64,000 nt of DNA from the human T2T-CHM13v2.0 reference genome, Homo sapiens: assembly GCF_009914755.1 (NCBI RefSeq), contig NC_060927.1, one strand, 5' to 3'. Shown here in pieces: positions 63,470-64,000 of this stretch. Position 1 is the first letter of the stretch. The number at the start of each line of letters is the position of its first letter. The notes under the pieces were generated by a model. That model made no database searches. It worked only from the letters and a program-made list of their open reading frames with translations, and was not told where the DNA came from. The translations under genes and the position numbers were made by a program.

Positions 63470-63773
63470 GCCAGGCATGGTGGCTCATGCCTGTAATCCC
63501 AGCACTTTGGGAGGCTGAGGCGGGTGGATCACTTGAGGCTAGGAGTTCGAGACCAGCCTGGCCAACATGGTGAAATCCCATCTCTACTAAAAATACAAAA
63601 ATCAGCCATGCATGGTGCTGCATCCTCCCCTTCCTGTAATCCCGGCTGCTTGGGAGGCTGAGACACAAGAATTGCTTGGACCCTGGAGGTGGAGGTTACA
63701 ATGAGCCGAGGTCGCGTCACTGCACTCCAGTCTGAGCGATAGAGCAAGTGTCTGTCTCAAAGAAAAAAATAAA
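63470..63773 (+). mobile_element. AluS
   Basis: Alu with TSD TAAGACCATTAAAGCAA (63453-63469 and 63774-63790). Confidence 0.93.
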
Positions 63774-63785
63774 TAAGACCATTAA

Positions 63786-64000
<215 letters not shown>

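Overview
Primate (almost certainly human) intragenic DNA, rich in Alu, L1 and MaLR repeats, with no prokaryotic features. The window lies inside DOCK3 (Rac1 GEF; 3p21.2 from memory) on the + strand. Nine GT-AG exons (27197-56012) splice in phase into a 1065-nt open frame (CNNESEWSQIHENII...PGDIRNDLYLTLEKG...HLRFEFRHCS...FAGALAYK) covering the DHR-1/C2 domain and its flanks; by recall these are about exons 13-21. The rest is intron: a full-length THE1A MaLR, a full-length but disrupted L1PA3-type LINE inserted in an Alu tail, nested old L1s, about 18 Alus, and MIR/L2/MER5/MER58/MADE1 fragments. Almost all ORF-track entries are repeat-derived or spurious. Best leads: (1) a frame-preserving 18-nt candidate microexon at 37694-37711, at the N-terminal edge of DHR-1; (2) a degenerate local copy of a DOCK3 exon/intron junction at 50399-50476 that lacks the splice donor; (3) a dense cluster of template-switch scars (inverted local copies, a fold-back hairpin, duplications) at 9.3-11.9 kb. 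Repeat subfamily calls and outer repeat boundaries were made by eye and are approximate. No database search was run.
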